DNA of 64,000 nt from Vicinamibacteraceae bacterium. Lineage in GTDB: Bacteria > Acidobacteriota > Vicinamibacteria > Vicinamibacterales > JAFNAJ01. Every line of letters begins with the position of its first letter. Within the stretch, counting starts at the first letter, position 1. Shown here in pieces: positions 15,706 to 24,690 of this stretch. The notes under the pieces were generated by a model. It was not told the origin of the DNA. It was given only the letters and a program-made list of their open reading frames with translations, and did not search any database. The DNA lies in the NCBI GenBank assembly GCA_039812685.1, contig JBDIBB010000001.1:44203-108202 (forward strand), written 5' to 3'. A program made the translations under genes and the position numbers.

Positions 15706-17019
15706 TCAGAACCGTACCGGCAGGTGCCGCTCGATGACGTCGACCAGTTCGTCGGTGTCCAGGGGCTTGACGAGAAGACCGCTGGCGCCGGCCAGCCGGC
15801 ACCTGATGCGTTCCGCCAGTCCGCCACCAGTCGTCAGAATCAGCACCGGCACCAGGCGGCTGCGATCCTCGCCGCGGATGGCCCGGCACACCTGGTACCC
15901 ATCCATCAGAGGCATGTCGGCATCGACCATCACGATGTCTGGCGTGAACGAGAGCAGGCGCTGAAGCGCCTCGGGACCGCTGGCGGCGGCCACCACCGCA
16001 AACCGTCGCCGCTCGAGTTCGGACACCACGAAGCCGGTGACGGCAGGACTGTCGTCGACCACCAGGATCGCTCCCCGCGATGGAGCCGGCGAGCCTGACG
16101 CATCGCCATCGACCTGGTGTGGCGCCGCGATGGAGAACGGCGGCCTGAAGCCGATCGGATGGGATGCCGCCGGCCGGGATCGGGACGTCGTGTCTCCGGT
16201 CTCCGCCGCGGGGCCCGGTTCACCGGGCCCGTCAAACAGATGAAGGACGCTGCCCGGACGCGCCACCTCGCCCGCGACGTCGGCGGGATCGACGCGGAGC
16301 AGTGTCGCGGCGGGCGAGAAGCCCACCACCGTACGCGTCGGCGCCCGCCGGTATTCCGGTGCGCGAAGCTCGCCGCTCCTGTTCCCGGTCGCGCGGGGTG
16401 CGGCGTGACGGTCGGGCAGGAATCCGCGGGCCACCGTGGCGGCACCGGTGGGCTGGGCTGGTGGCGGCGCCGGCGCGGCCAGGCCGCCAGGCGTCTCGCC
16501 GACGGGCGTCGCAGCCTGCTCCGGCGCGCTCGCCTCCTGCGCCTGCGCCGCCCGCTGTCTCAGGGCCGCGAGCGCGGCCAGCGCCTGCGGATGGTCCGGC
16601 TCGAGCGCAAGCGCCTGAGTCACGCACTCGAAGGCTTCGGCGAAACCGGAGGTCACGCTCGCCCGCCACAGCCAGGCCCGCTGGTCGCCCGGATCGCGGG
16701 CCGTGGCCTCGCGCAGCAGGGCCAGGGCTCGCGCGCTGTCACCGTCCCGGGCGGCCGCGGCGCCGTCGCGCAGCCACTGTCCCGCGGTGGCGCGCGGCCG
16801 TTCGCCGGGTGTCGCCGCTTCGGGGTACGGCCCGAGCGAGGTGGCCTCGGCACGCGGCCGGGACGAGACGGGTGCTGGGCGCTGGCGTGGCACAGGAACG
16901 GGGGATGGCATGTCGCCGGAGAACCAACGACCGCGACGTGCCCGCGCACCGGTGCGCGGGCGTTCTGCCGCATAATCGTCAGGACCAGGCCGTCGCTCCA
17001 ACGCGGTGGCGATCGTCAC
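15706..17019 (-). CDS. Orphan response regulator: N-terminal TPR-like region, long Pro/Ala-rich linker, C-terminal receiver (REC) domain
   Basis: C-terminus: ILVVDDSPAVTGFVVSELERRRFAVVAAASGPEALQRLLSFTPDIVMVDADMPLMDGYQVCRAIR...VPVLILTT...LLVKPL, with an intact acidic pocket, phospho-Asp and Lys. N-terminus: ALALLREATARDPGDQRAWLWRASV...ECVTQALALEPDHPQALAAL. The start codon is uncertain. Confidence 0.7.
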   Translation of the reverse strand: MTIATALERRPGPDDYAAERPRTGARARRGRWFSGDMPSPVPVPRQRPAPVSSRPRAEATSLGPYPEAATPGERPRATAGQWLRDGAAAARDGDSARALALLREATARDPGDQRAWLWRASVTSGFAEAFECVTQALALEPDHPQALAALAALRQRAAQAQEASAPEQAATPVGETPGGLAAPAPPPAQPTGAATVARGFLPDRHAAPRATGNRSGELRAPEYRRAPTRTVVGFSPAATLLRVDPADVAGEVARPGSVLHLFDGPGEPGPAAETGDTTSRSRPAASHPIGFRPPFSIAAPHQVDGDASGSPAPSRGAILVVDDSPAVTGFVVSELERRRFAVVAAASGPEALQRLLSFTPDIVMVDADMPLMDGYQVCRAIRGEDRSRLVPVLILTTGGGLAERIRCRLAGASGLLVKPLDTDELVDVIERHLPVRF

Positions 17020-17065
17020 GCGTTCGGCTGCGGTATCGTGGCGACGATTCTCCTCGACACGGTCG

Positions 17066-17095
17066 TTGACGCCATTTGCGGCCCGTTGCTATACT
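17066..17095 (+). promoter_or_regulatory. Candidate sigma70 promoter for tRNA-Val
   Basis: TTGACG (17066-17071), an 18-nt spacer, TATACT (17090-17095). A GC-rich discriminator (GCGCGTTCGCGCC) follows, and the promoter lies about 35 nt upstream of the mature tRNA 5' end. Confidence 0.45.
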
Positions 17096-17130
17096 GCGCG
17101 TTCGCGCCAACGCGACGGCGTGTGCGCCAA

Positions 17131-17206
17131 AGGCGCGTAGCTCAGTGGTTAGAGCGCCTGCTTGACACGCAGGAGGTCGGTGGTTCGACTCCACTCGCGC
17201 CTACCA
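17131..17206 (+). tRNA. tRNA-Val (anticodon GAC), CCA encoded
   Basis: Hand-folded cloverleaf. Acceptor AGGCGCG/CGCGCCT, D arm GCTC-AGTGGTTA-GAGC, anticodon arm CCTGC-TTGACAC-GCAGG, variable loop AGGTC, T arm GGTGG-TTCGACT-CCACT, discriminator A, CCA. Total 76 nt. Confidence 0.95.
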
Positions 17207-17324
17207 GGCCAGTCCGTCGCCAGGCCCGCCAGGAAGATCGCGGGAGTCCACGTCCGCAAGACGAGTCTCGACGGACTCGACGCGTCCCCGCCTTTTCCGG
17301 GTTTCACTGCACGATCGTAGGACC

Positions 17325-19265
17325 ATGTCCGAGGTTTGCGTCACCCTTCCGGATGGTTCCAGCCGCCGCGTGCCCACGGGAACTCCTGTGGCCGAAGTAG
17401 CGGCAGGGATCGCTCCGCGCCTGGCCAGGGCGGCCATCGCCGCGTCGGTCGACGACCGTCTCGTCGATCTCGGCTACCGTCTGAACGCCGACGCCCGGCT
17501 GCGTCTGATCACGCCGGATGCGCCGGAGGCACTGACCGTCTACCGCCACTCGACGGCCCATCTCATGGCGGCCGCGGTGACCAGCCTCTTTCCCGGCGCC
17601 CAGTGCGGCATCGGCCCCGCCACCGACGACGGCTTCTTCTACGACTTCGTGGTGGAGCGGCCGTTCGTGCCCGAGGATCTCGAGCACATCGAAGCGAAGA
17701 TGCGCGAGCTGGCAGCGCAGGATCTGCCGTACGAGCGGCAGATGTGGCCGCGCGAACAGGCCCTGGCCTTCTTCGCGGCGCGCGGCGAGCCCCTGAAGGT
17801 GCAGTTGATCGAGGAGAAGACGGCAGGCCAGGACGTCGTCTCCTGCTACACCATCCGGGATCGCAGCCTGTTCGTCGACTTCTGCGTGGGCCCCCACGTC
17901 GCCTCCAGCGGCCGCCTCAAGGCGTTCAAGCTCCTGCACGCCTCGAACGCCTACTGGAAGGGTGACGCGCGCAACCAGCCGATGCAGCGCATCTACGGCA
18001 CGGCCTTCTTCACGGAGAAGGACCTGCAGGCGTACCTCACGCGCATCGAAGAGGCGAAGAGGCGCGACCACCGGCGCGTGGGCCGCGACCTGCACCTGTT
18101 CACGTTCCACGCCTGGGCGCCGGGCGCCACCTTCTGGCTGGCGCGGGGCACGACGCTCTACCACCTGCTGGCCGACTACATGCGGGAGGTGCTCTTCCCG
18201 GCGGGCTACGTGGAGGTGAAGACGCCGCTGATCTTCAACCGCGCGCTGTGGGAGACCTCGGGGCACTGGTCGCACTACCGCCAGAACATGTTCCTGGTGG
18301 AGTCCGAGGGCGAGCAAATGGGCGTGAAGTCGATGAACTGCCCGGGCCACATGCTCGTGTTCGGCAGCCAGGTGCGCAGCTATCGCGACCTGCCGCTGCG
18401 GCTGCACGAGCAGACGCCGCTGCACCGCAACGAGGCCTCGGGCGTGCTGTCGGGGCTGACGCGTGTCCGGCAGTTCTCGCAGGACGATGCGCACTGCTTC
18501 GTCACCGAGGAGCAGATCGCGGCCGAGGTGGAAGGGCTGTTGCGACTGGTGCAGCGGGTCTACGGCGACTTCGGCCTGAGCTACACCGCCAAACTGTCGA
18601 CGCGGCCCGAGGAATTCCTCGGTGAGGTGGCCACCTGGGATCATGCCGAGGCGGCGCTGCGGCAGGCGCTCGAGGCGGCGGGCCAGTCCTTCACGGTCAA
18701 CGAAGGCGACGGTGCGTTCTACGGGCCGAAGATCGACTTCGACGTCACCGACGCCATCGGGCGGCAGTGGCAGTGCGCGACGATTCAGCTCGATTACCAG
18801 TTGCCGCAGCGCTTCGATCTGACGTATGTCGGAGCCGACAACGCCGAGCACCGGCCGGTAGTGATCCATCGGGCGATCTTCGGCAGCTTCGAACGGTTCA
18901 TTGCGCTGCTGATCGAGCACTACGGCGGCGCGTTCCCGCTGTGGCTCGCGCCGGTGCAGGCCACCGTGCTGCCGATCGCGGACCGTCACGCCGCCTACGC
19001 CGGACAGGTGCGCGATCGGCTGGCGGCCGCCGGCCTGCGCGTGGAGGCCGACCTGCGGCAGGAGAAGGTGAACCTCAAGATCCGGGAGGCGCAGCTGCAG
19101 AAGATTCCCTACATGCTCGTGGTAGGCGATCGCGAGGCGGCCAGCGGCCAGGTGGCGGTGCGCAGCCGGGGAGCCGGCGATCTGGGCGCCGCGGCGGTAG
19201 ACGTGGTGATCTCGCGCCTGCAGGACGAGATCCGCGCCAAGGGGCTGGAACGGACGGTCAGCTAG
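17325..19265 (+). CDS. thrS: Threonine--tRNA ligase
   Basis: 646 aa. TGS domain (VTLPDGS...), editing domain ([11 protein letters not shown]), class II core ([65 protein letters not shown]) and anticodon-binding C-terminus. Confidence 0.95.
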   Translation: MSEVCVTLPDGSSRRVPTGTPVAEVAAGIAPRLARAAIAASVDDRLVDLGYRLNADARLRLITPDAPEALTVYRHSTAHLMAAAVTSLFPGAQCGIGPATDDGFFYDFVVERPFVPEDLEHIEAKMRELAAQDLPYERQMWPREQALAFFAARGEPLKVQLIEEKTAGQDVVSCYTIRDRSLFVDFCVGPHVASSGRLKAFKLLHASNAYWKGDARNQPMQRIYGTAFFTEKDLQAYLTRIEEAKRRDHRRVGRDLHLFTFHAWAPGATFWLARGTTLYHLLADYMREVLFPAGYVEVKTPLIFNRALWETSGHWSHYRQNMFLVESEGEQMGVKSMNCPGHMLVFGSQVRSYRDLPLRLHEQTPLHRNEASGVLSGLTRVRQFSQDDAHCFVTEEQIAAEVEGLLRLVQRVYGDFGLSYTAKLSTRPEEFLGEVATWDHAEAALRQALEAAGQSFTVNEGDGAFYGPKIDFDVTDAIGRQWQCATIQLDYQLPQRFDLTYVGADNAEHRPVVIHRAIFGSFERFIALLIEHYGGAFPLWLAPVQATVLPIADRHAAYAGQVRDRLAAAGLRVEADLRQEKVNLKIREAQLQKIPYMLVVGDREAASGQVAVRSRGAGDLGAAAVDVVISRLQDEIRAKGLERTVS

Positions 19266-19290
19266 CGGCCGTCATCCAAGGGAGGCAGCT

Positions 19291-19914
19291 ATCGCATTCG
19301 AACGTCCAGGCATGCGCGGCCCGCGGCGCGACGACCGCGTCCGCGTCAACGAACGCATCCGCGTGCGCGAGGTGCGCGTCATCGACGAGACGGGCGAACA
19401 GCTCGGCATCATGACGCCGCAGCAGGCGCTCGCCATCGCGCGCCAGAAGAGCCTCGACCTCGTCGAGGTCTCGGCCACCGCGGTTCCACCGGTCTGCCGC
19501 ATCATGGACTACGGCCGCTTCCAGTACCTGGAGCAGAAGCGGCAGCGACAGGCCAAGAAGAACCAGAAGGTGATCGAGGTCAAGGAAGTCAAGTTCCGTC
19601 CGAAGGTCGACGAGCACGACTACCAGTTCAAGAAGCGCAACATCGAGCGCTTCCTGGGTGACGGCGACAAGGTGAAGGCGGTGGTGTTCTTCCGCGGGCG
19701 CGAGATCGCGCACCCGGAGATCGGACGCCGCATCCTCGAGCGGCTGCTGCAGGAACTCAGCGAGGTGGCGGTCGCCGAGACGCTGCCCAAGCTCGAGGGC
19801 AATCAGATGAGCACGATCCTGACGCAGCGGCCCGGCCTGAAGCGCGCGGCGGCCGCCGCCCCGGCCCAGGCCGCAGCGGCACCGGTCCGGCGAACCGACG
19901 ACACGCAAGCGTGA
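19291..19914 (+). CDS. infC: Translation initiation factor IF-3, probable non-AUG (AUC) start
   Basis: [24 protein letters not shown]...[29 protein letters not shown]...[19 protein letters not shown]. The track starts at ATG 19312, which has no SD. An in-frame ATC at 19291 lies 5 nt after a strong GGGAGG (19280-19285). Confidence 0.85.
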   Translation: MAFERPGMRGPRRDDRVRVNERIRVREVRVIDETGEQLGIMTPQQALAIARQKSLDLVEVSATAVPPVCRIMDYGRFQYLEQKRQRQAKKNQKVIEVKEVKFRPKVDEHDYQFKKRNIERFLGDGDKVKAVVFFRGREIAHPEIGRRILERLLQELSEVAVAETLPKLEGNQMSTILTQRPGLKRAAAAAPAQAAAAPVRRTDDTQA

Positions 19915-19937
19915 GCAGCACGGAGCAAGAGACCATC

Positions 19938-20135
19938 ATGCCGAAGTTGAAGAGCCATCGTGGCGCGGCCAAGCGTTTCAAGCGGACCGCGACGGGCAAG
20001 TTCAAGCGCAGCAGCGCCTTCAAGCGCCACATCCTGTCGTCGAAGACCACCAAGCGCAAGCGCTCCCTGCGTGGCATGACGCTCGTGTCCGAACAGGATC
20101 AGAAGGTCCTGGAGCGCATGCTGCCCTACAAATGA
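19938..20135 (+). CDS. rpmI: 50S ribosomal protein L35
   Basis: [42 protein letters not shown]. The ATG at 19938 lies inside track ORF 19911..20135. Confidence 0.9.
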   Translation: MPKLKSHRGAAKRFKRTATGKFKRSSAFKRHILSSKTTKRKRSLRGMTLVSEQDQKVLERMLPYK

Positions 20136-20189
20136 GGAACGGTCGGATCTCGCGCGGCGTCCTGCGCACGCGCCGGAGTAAGTGACGTC

Positions 20190-20558
20190 ATGTCTCGTGT
20201 CAAGCGTGGAACCGTCCGGCGCGCCAAGCGTCAGCGTGTGCTCGCCCGTGCCAAGGGCTTCTTCCAGACCAAGAGCAAGCTCTACCGCGCCGCGAAAGAG
20301 GCGGTGGACAAATCGCTCGGCTACGCGTACGTGGGCCGCAAGCTGCGCAAGCGCGACTTCCGCCGTCTGTGGATCGTGCGCATCAACGCCGCGGCGCGCG
20401 AGCAGGGGCTCACCTATCGCGAGCTGATGCACGGGCTGAAGACCGCCGGGATCGATCTCGACCGCAAGATGCTGGCCGATCTCGCCGCCACGCAGCCCGA
20501 CGCGTTCGCGGGCGTGGTGGCCAAGGCGAAGGCCGCGACCGCCGGCGCCACCGTCTAG
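20190..20558 (+). CDS. rplT: 50S ribosomal protein L20
   Basis: MSRVKRGTVRRAKRQRVLARAKGFFQTKSKLYRAAKEAVDKSLGYAYVGRKLRKRDFRRLWIVRINAAARE. Confidence 0.95.
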   Translation: MSRVKRGTVRRAKRQRVLARAKGFFQTKSKLYRAAKEAVDKSLGYAYVGRKLRKRDFRRLWIVRINAAAREQGLTYRELMHGLKTAGIDLDRKMLADLAATQPDAFAGVVAKAKAATAGATV

Positions 20559-20675
20559 CCACGCGGCATCGGGCCGGGGTGCGGCCACCAGTCCGGGAAC
20601 CGCACCGTCCGGCCCCTGTTGCGCCCGGACGTGAGGCGCGGGTCGCGCCCCCGGTCCGGGCCCTGACCAGTCTCC

Positions 20676-21758
20676 ATGAGCGACGCGTCCCCCATCGCCA
20701 GCCTGCGCCGGCAATTCGACGAGGCGCTCGGCGCCGCCACCTCCGAGCGCGAGATCCAGGCGGTCCGTGATCGCTTCCTCGGCCGCCGGAGCGGCCTGAT
20801 CACGGCGCTGTTCGCCGGTCTCGACCAGGCCTCGCCCGAGGCGCGCCGCGAGACGGGGCGCCTGATCAACGGGCTGAAACGGCACGTCGAGACGGCCCTC
20901 GACGCGCGCCACGAGGCGCTGTCGGCCGTGCGGCCCGTGGCCTCACCCGTCGACGTCACGCTGCCGGGCCGGCGGCCCGCGTCCGGACACCGCCACCCGC
21001 TCACCGTCACCCGCGAGCGCATCGAGGGCATCTTCGCGCGCTGGGGCTACGAGATCCTCGACGGGCCCGAGACCGAGGACGACTGGCACTGCTTCGAGGC
21101 GCTGAACATGCCGCCCGAACATCCCGCGCGCGACATGCAGGACACGCTCTACCTCGAGCGGCCCTTCAGCCGCGTGGCGCCGGCCGTCGAGGGCCCGCGC
21201 ATGCCGCCGGTCGGACTCCCCGCGACGCTGCTGCGCACGCACACCTCGGCGATGCAGATCCGTTACATGGAACGGCACGACCCGCCGATCCGGATCATCG
21301 CCCCGGGTCGCGTCTACCGCCGCGACAACCTCGACGTGACCCATACGCCGATGTTCCAGCAGGTGGAGGGCCTCGTCGTCGGCCGCGGCGTGACGATGGG
21401 CGACCTCAAGGGCACCATCGTGGCGTTCCTGCGGGAGCTGTTCGGCCCGAAGACCAACGCCGTCTTCCGCCCGAGCTTCTTCCCCTATACGGAGCCCTCC
21501 GCCGACGTCTTCGCCACCTGCCACAAGTGCCGCGGCGAGGGGTGCGCGATGTGCAAACGAACCGGCTTCATCGAGGTGCTGGGCTGCGGCATGGTGCATC
21601 CGGCCGTCTACGAGGCCGTCGGCTATCCCCCCGGTGTGTACACCGGGTTCGCCTTCGGCATGGGCATCGAACGGCTGGCCCTGATCGACTACGGCGTGGA
21701 CGACATCCGCCTGTTCTACGAGAACGACCTGCGATTCCTGGAGCAGTTCCCGGTGTGA
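20676..21758 (+). CDS. pheS: Phenylalanine--tRNA ligase alpha subunit
   Basis: HPLTVTRERIEGIF...FEALNMPPEHPARDMQDTLYL...LLRTHTSAMQIRYM...PGRVYRRDNLDVTHTPMFQQVEG...FRPSFFPYTEPSADV...GCGMVHP..GFAFGMGIERLA. Confidence 0.95.
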   Translation: MSDASPIASLRRQFDEALGAATSEREIQAVRDRFLGRRSGLITALFAGLDQASPEARRETGRLINGLKRHVETALDARHEALSAVRPVASPVDVTLPGRRPASGHRHPLTVTRERIEGIFARWGYEILDGPETEDDWHCFEALNMPPEHPARDMQDTLYLERPFSRVAPAVEGPRMPPVGLPATLLRTHTSAMQIRYMERHDPPIRIIAPGRVYRRDNLDVTHTPMFQQVEGLVVGRGVTMGDLKGTIVAFLRELFGPKTNAVFRPSFFPYTEPSADVFATCHKCRGEGCAMCKRTGFIEVLGCGMVHPAVYEAVGYPPGVYTGFAFGMGIERLALIDYGVDDIRLFYENDLRFLEQFPV

Positions 21759-23824
21759 GAATCCTCGTTTCCTGGCTTCGAGACTTCGTCGACGTCACCG
21801 TCCCCGTGAAGGATCTCGCGTGGGATCTCAACCTGTGCGGGTTCGAGGTGGCGAGCCTCGAGCCGATCCCCGCGGCCGGCGGCCCCGAAGACGCGGTGCT
21901 CGACTTCGAGATCACCGCCAACCGGCCCGACTGTCTCAGCGTTCTCGGCATCGCACGTGAGGCGGCCACGCGGTACCAGTTGCCGCTGAAGGCCCCGGCC
22001 GCACCGCCGCTGCGCGGGTCCGAGGACGCGCTCGACGGCCTGACGGTCACCATCGAGGACGCCCAGGCGTGCCCGCGCTACACGGCCGCAATCGCCGACG
22101 TGCAGGTGGCGCCTTCACCGCCCTGGCTGGCGCGACGTCTGGAAGCCGCCGGCGTGCGCCCGATCAACAACGTGGTCGACGTCACCAACTACGTGCTGAT
22201 CGAGACTGGGCACCCGCTGCACGCCTTCGACCTCGCGCGCCTGGGCGGCGCCGAGCTGCGCATCCGGCGCGCGCTGGCCGGTGAACGGCTCACCACGCTC
22301 GACGGCCAGAACCGGATCCTGTCGTCCGAGATGCTCGTGATCGCCGACGCCACCCGCCCGCAGGCCCTGGGCGGCCTGATGGGCGGCGCCGACTCCGAGG
22401 TCCGGAGCGACACGACGGCGATTGCGCTCGAGAGCGCCTACTTCCAGGCGCTTCCGGTCCGCCGCACGTCCAAGCACCTGGGGCTCTCCACCGAGGCGTC
22501 GTACCGCTTCGAACGGGGCGCCGACATCGACGCGCCGCTGCGCGCGCTGGCCCGGGCGTGCCATCTGATCGAGCAGGTCGGCGCCGGACGCGTCCGCGAC
22601 AACTGGATCGATGCCTACCCCGGACAGCGCCCCCGCACCGTTGTCGGTCTGTCGGTGCGGGCTGCCGGACGGTTCCTCGGGCGCGAGGTGCCGGCGGCCG
22701 ACGTGGATCGCATCCTCGCGTCGCTGGGATTCGCCATCGACGCCCGTGGCGACGACCACCGCCGCGTCACGGTTCCCACCTGGCGGGCCGACGTCACCCG
22801 CGAGGTCGACCTCTACGAGGAGATCGCGCGCCACGACGGCTACGATCGGCTGCCGCTCACCTTCCCCGCGGTGGTGCAGGCGCCGGCGGCGCCGGCCCGG
22901 CGCCTCGAAGTGGAACGCGCGGCGAAACGGCTGGCCGCCCGCGCGGGCTTCTCCGAGGCGGTCACCTTCACGTTCATCGAGCGCGAGGCTGCGGCGGTCT
23001 TCGCCGACGCGACACAACTGGTGGCGATCGCCAACCCGCTGTCGGAGAGCTTCGCCGTGCTGCGTCCCTCCCTGCTGTCGGGCCTGATCGACGCGCTCGG
23101 CCACAACCGGCGCCGCGAACGCCGCGACGTCCAGCTCTACGAGACCGGCACGCGGTTCCTCGTCGATCGCGGCGAGACGCGTGGCCTCGGCCTCGCCTGG
23201 CTCGGCGCCGCGGCCGGAGAACACTGGAGCGGCACCGGCCGCCCGGTGGACTTCTTCGACATGAAGGGCGCGGTGGAGGCCGTGTGCGAGGGCCTCGGAC
23301 TGGGCGCGGCAGAGACGGTGCCCGCCGAACGCCCGTGGCTCGTCGAAGGACGCGCGGCGGAGATCCGGGTCGCCACCGGCGACGCCCCCGCGACCGTCGC
23401 CGTGCTCGGCCAGCTCCACCCGCGCGTCGCCGAGGCGCGCGGCCTGCCGGCCACCGAGCCGGTCTACGTGGCCGAAGTCGATCTCGACGCGCTCGATCCC
23501 TGCATCTCGCCTGGCGAAGACACCACCGTGCGGCCGCTGCCGCGCCATCCGTCGATCGTCCGCGACCTCTCGATCGTGGTTCCGGACGGCTTGCCGGCAT
23601 CGGCGCTTCGTGACACCATTCGGCGGTCCGGGCCGCCGACGCTGGCAGGCGCGCGCGAGTTCGCACGCTATCAGGGCAGGGGCGTGCCCGAGGGACTGGT
23701 CAGCCTCTCCTTCCGGCTCACGTTCCGGGCGGCCGATCGGACGCTGACCGACAGCGAGGTTCAACAGGCGGTGGACACGGTGCTCGCCGCCCTCACCGCG
23801 GCTCACGGCGCCCGACTGCGCTGA
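21755..23824 (+). CDS. pheT: Phenylalanine--tRNA ligase beta subunit (short form lacking the OB-fold tRNA-binding B2 domain)
   Basis: GTG at 21755 overlaps the pheS stop (GTGA). VRILVSWLRDFVDV...CGFEVASLEP then runs directly into LDFEITANRPDCLSVLGIAREAA. B3/4, B5 and FDX-ACB regions are present (NNVVDVTNYVLIETGHPLHAFD, PTWRADVTREVDLYEEIAR, ANPLSESFAVLRPSLL). 689 aa. Confidence 0.9.
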   Translation: MRILVSWLRDFVDVTVPVKDLAWDLNLCGFEVASLEPIPAAGGPEDAVLDFEITANRPDCLSVLGIAREAATRYQLPLKAPAAPPLRGSEDALDGLTVTIEDAQACPRYTAAIADVQVAPSPPWLARRLEAAGVRPINNVVDVTNYVLIETGHPLHAFDLARLGGAELRIRRALAGERLTTLDGQNRILSSEMLVIADATRPQALGGLMGGADSEVRSDTTAIALESAYFQALPVRRTSKHLGLSTEASYRFERGADIDAPLRALARACHLIEQVGAGRVRDNWIDAYPGQRPRTVVGLSVRAAGRFLGREVPAADVDRILASLGFAIDARGDDHRRVTVPTWRADVTREVDLYEEIARHDGYDRLPLTFPAVVQAPAAPARRLEVERAAKRLAARAGFSEAVTFTFIEREAAAVFADATQLVAIANPLSESFAVLRPSLLSGLIDALGHNRRRERRDVQLYETGTRFLVDRGETRGLGLAWLGAAAGEHWSGTGRPVDFFDMKGAVEAVCEGLGLGAAETVPAERPWLVEGRAAEIRVATGDAPATVAVLGQLHPRVAEARGLPATEPVYVAEVDLDALDPCISPGEDTTVRPLPRHPSIVRDLSIVVPDGLPASALRDTIRRSGPPTLAGAREFARYQGRGVPEGLVSLSFRLTFRAADRTLTDSEVQQAVDTVLAALTAAHGARLR

Positions 23825-23847
23825 GGTCGCCGCCGCACGGAAGTCCC

Positions 23848-24129
23848 ATGACCGTCAAGACCGGACGCGCCATCGACCTCGAGCCCCTGGAGCGGCTCGA
23901 AGGCAAGATCCGCAAGCTCGTGGCGATTGTCGAACAACTGCGGACCGACCGGACGTCACTGGCCGACGAGAACGCGCGCCTCCAGGTGCAGGTCGATGCG
24001 CTCCAGTCGAAGATCGCCGACACGGAGGCGCAGGCTGGCGCCGAGCTGCTCGCCCTGCGCGAGGAGCGCGACCGCGTGCGCGATCGCGTCGCGTCGCTGC
24101 TCGAGCAGGTCGACGCGCTGGAGCTCTGA
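23848..24129 (+). CDS. ZapB-like coiled-coil cell division protein
   Basis: 93 aa, an almost pure heptad coiled coil (LERLEGKIRKLVAIVEQLRTDRTSLADENARLQVQVDALQSKIADTE...). Lies immediately upstream of zapA. Confidence 0.6.
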   Translation: MTVKTGRAIDLEPLERLEGKIRKLVAIVEQLRTDRTSLADENARLQVQVDALQSKIADTEAQAGAELLALREERDRVRDRVASLLEQVDALEL

Positions 24130-24140
24130 TCGCCACGTCC

Positions 24141-24479
24141 ATGGCCGAGCCCCTCCGCGTCGTGCCGGTCGAGATCCTCGGGCTGCGGTATCCGATCCGC
24201 AGCGCCCTCGATCCGGACTACGTCGTGGAACTGGCCGCTTACGTCGACGCGAAGATGCAGGCGGCCTCCGACGAGAACAGTCCGGACGATGCCGTGAAGG
24301 TGGCGGTGCTCGCCGCGTTGAACATCGCCGACGAGTTGTTCCGGGCGCGCGAGGGCGAGGGATCCCCGCCGCGTCAGGGCGAAGAGATGCGCGAGCGGAT
24401 CGAGGCGCTGGAACTCACGCTCGATCGCGCGCTCGGGATGGTCCGTCCGCCCCTTGCGGCTCCCACGGGAACGGACTAG
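24141..24479 (+). CDS. zapA: Cell division protein ZapA
   Basis: VEILGLRYPIRSALDPDYVVELAAYVDAKMQAAS....VKVAVLAALNIADELFRARE. Typical ZapA N-domain followed by a short coiled coil. Confidence 0.8.
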   Translation: MAEPLRVVPVEILGLRYPIRSALDPDYVVELAAYVDAKMQAASDENSPDDAVKVAVLAALNIADELFRAREGEGSPPRQGEEMRERIEALELTLDRALGMVRPPLAAPTGTD

Positions 24480-24484
24480 ACTGT

Positions 24485-24690
24485 CCTCGGCTGGTCGTTC
24501 CTGTGCTGTTGGTGATGGCGTTTCGGAGGCTCGTCTTGAGCCAACGCTTCATCCAAGCGAATCGCGACGCCGCGTGGTGTGCATACCTCCGAGCGAGGCA
24601 GCCTGAAGCGCGGGACTTGTAGCGGTTCCACCTGCTCAGCAGGTTCATACGACCTCCCCACACGGCAGGACGGGACCCAGCCATCGCACC
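24485..24690 (+). ncRNA. Candidate structured sRNA, possibly 6S RNA (ssrS); alternatively the rny 5' leader
   Basis: There is no credible ORF in the 311-nt zapA-rny gap. Hand folding gives a long imperfect terminal helix: GGCTGG 24489-94 pairs with CCAGCC 24677-82; TCCTG 24499-503 pairs with CAGGA 24666-70; and GGAGG-C-TCGT-C-T-T-GAGCC 24525-42 pairs with GGTTCATACGACCTCC 24642-57. Inner helices are CGCTTCA 24545-51 with TGAAGCG 24604-10, and the hairpin ACCTGC-TCA-GCAGGT at 24630-44. The boundaries are approximate. Confidence 0.35.

Noticed and set aside
17131-17324. tRNA-Val as a possible integration hotspot (genomic island, integrase, direct repeat of the tRNA 3' end).
   Set aside because: The tRNA is followed directly by thrS-infC-rpmI-rplT. 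I saw no integrase, no repeated tRNA 3' segment and no compositional shift.
20559-20675. Hairpin GGTGCGG-N15-CCGCACC between rplT and pheS as a possible pheST attenuator.
   Set aside because: There is no leader peptide with Phe codons, no U-tract and no alternative antiterminator pairing that I could find. It may be a simple stem-loop or chance in GC-rich DNA.
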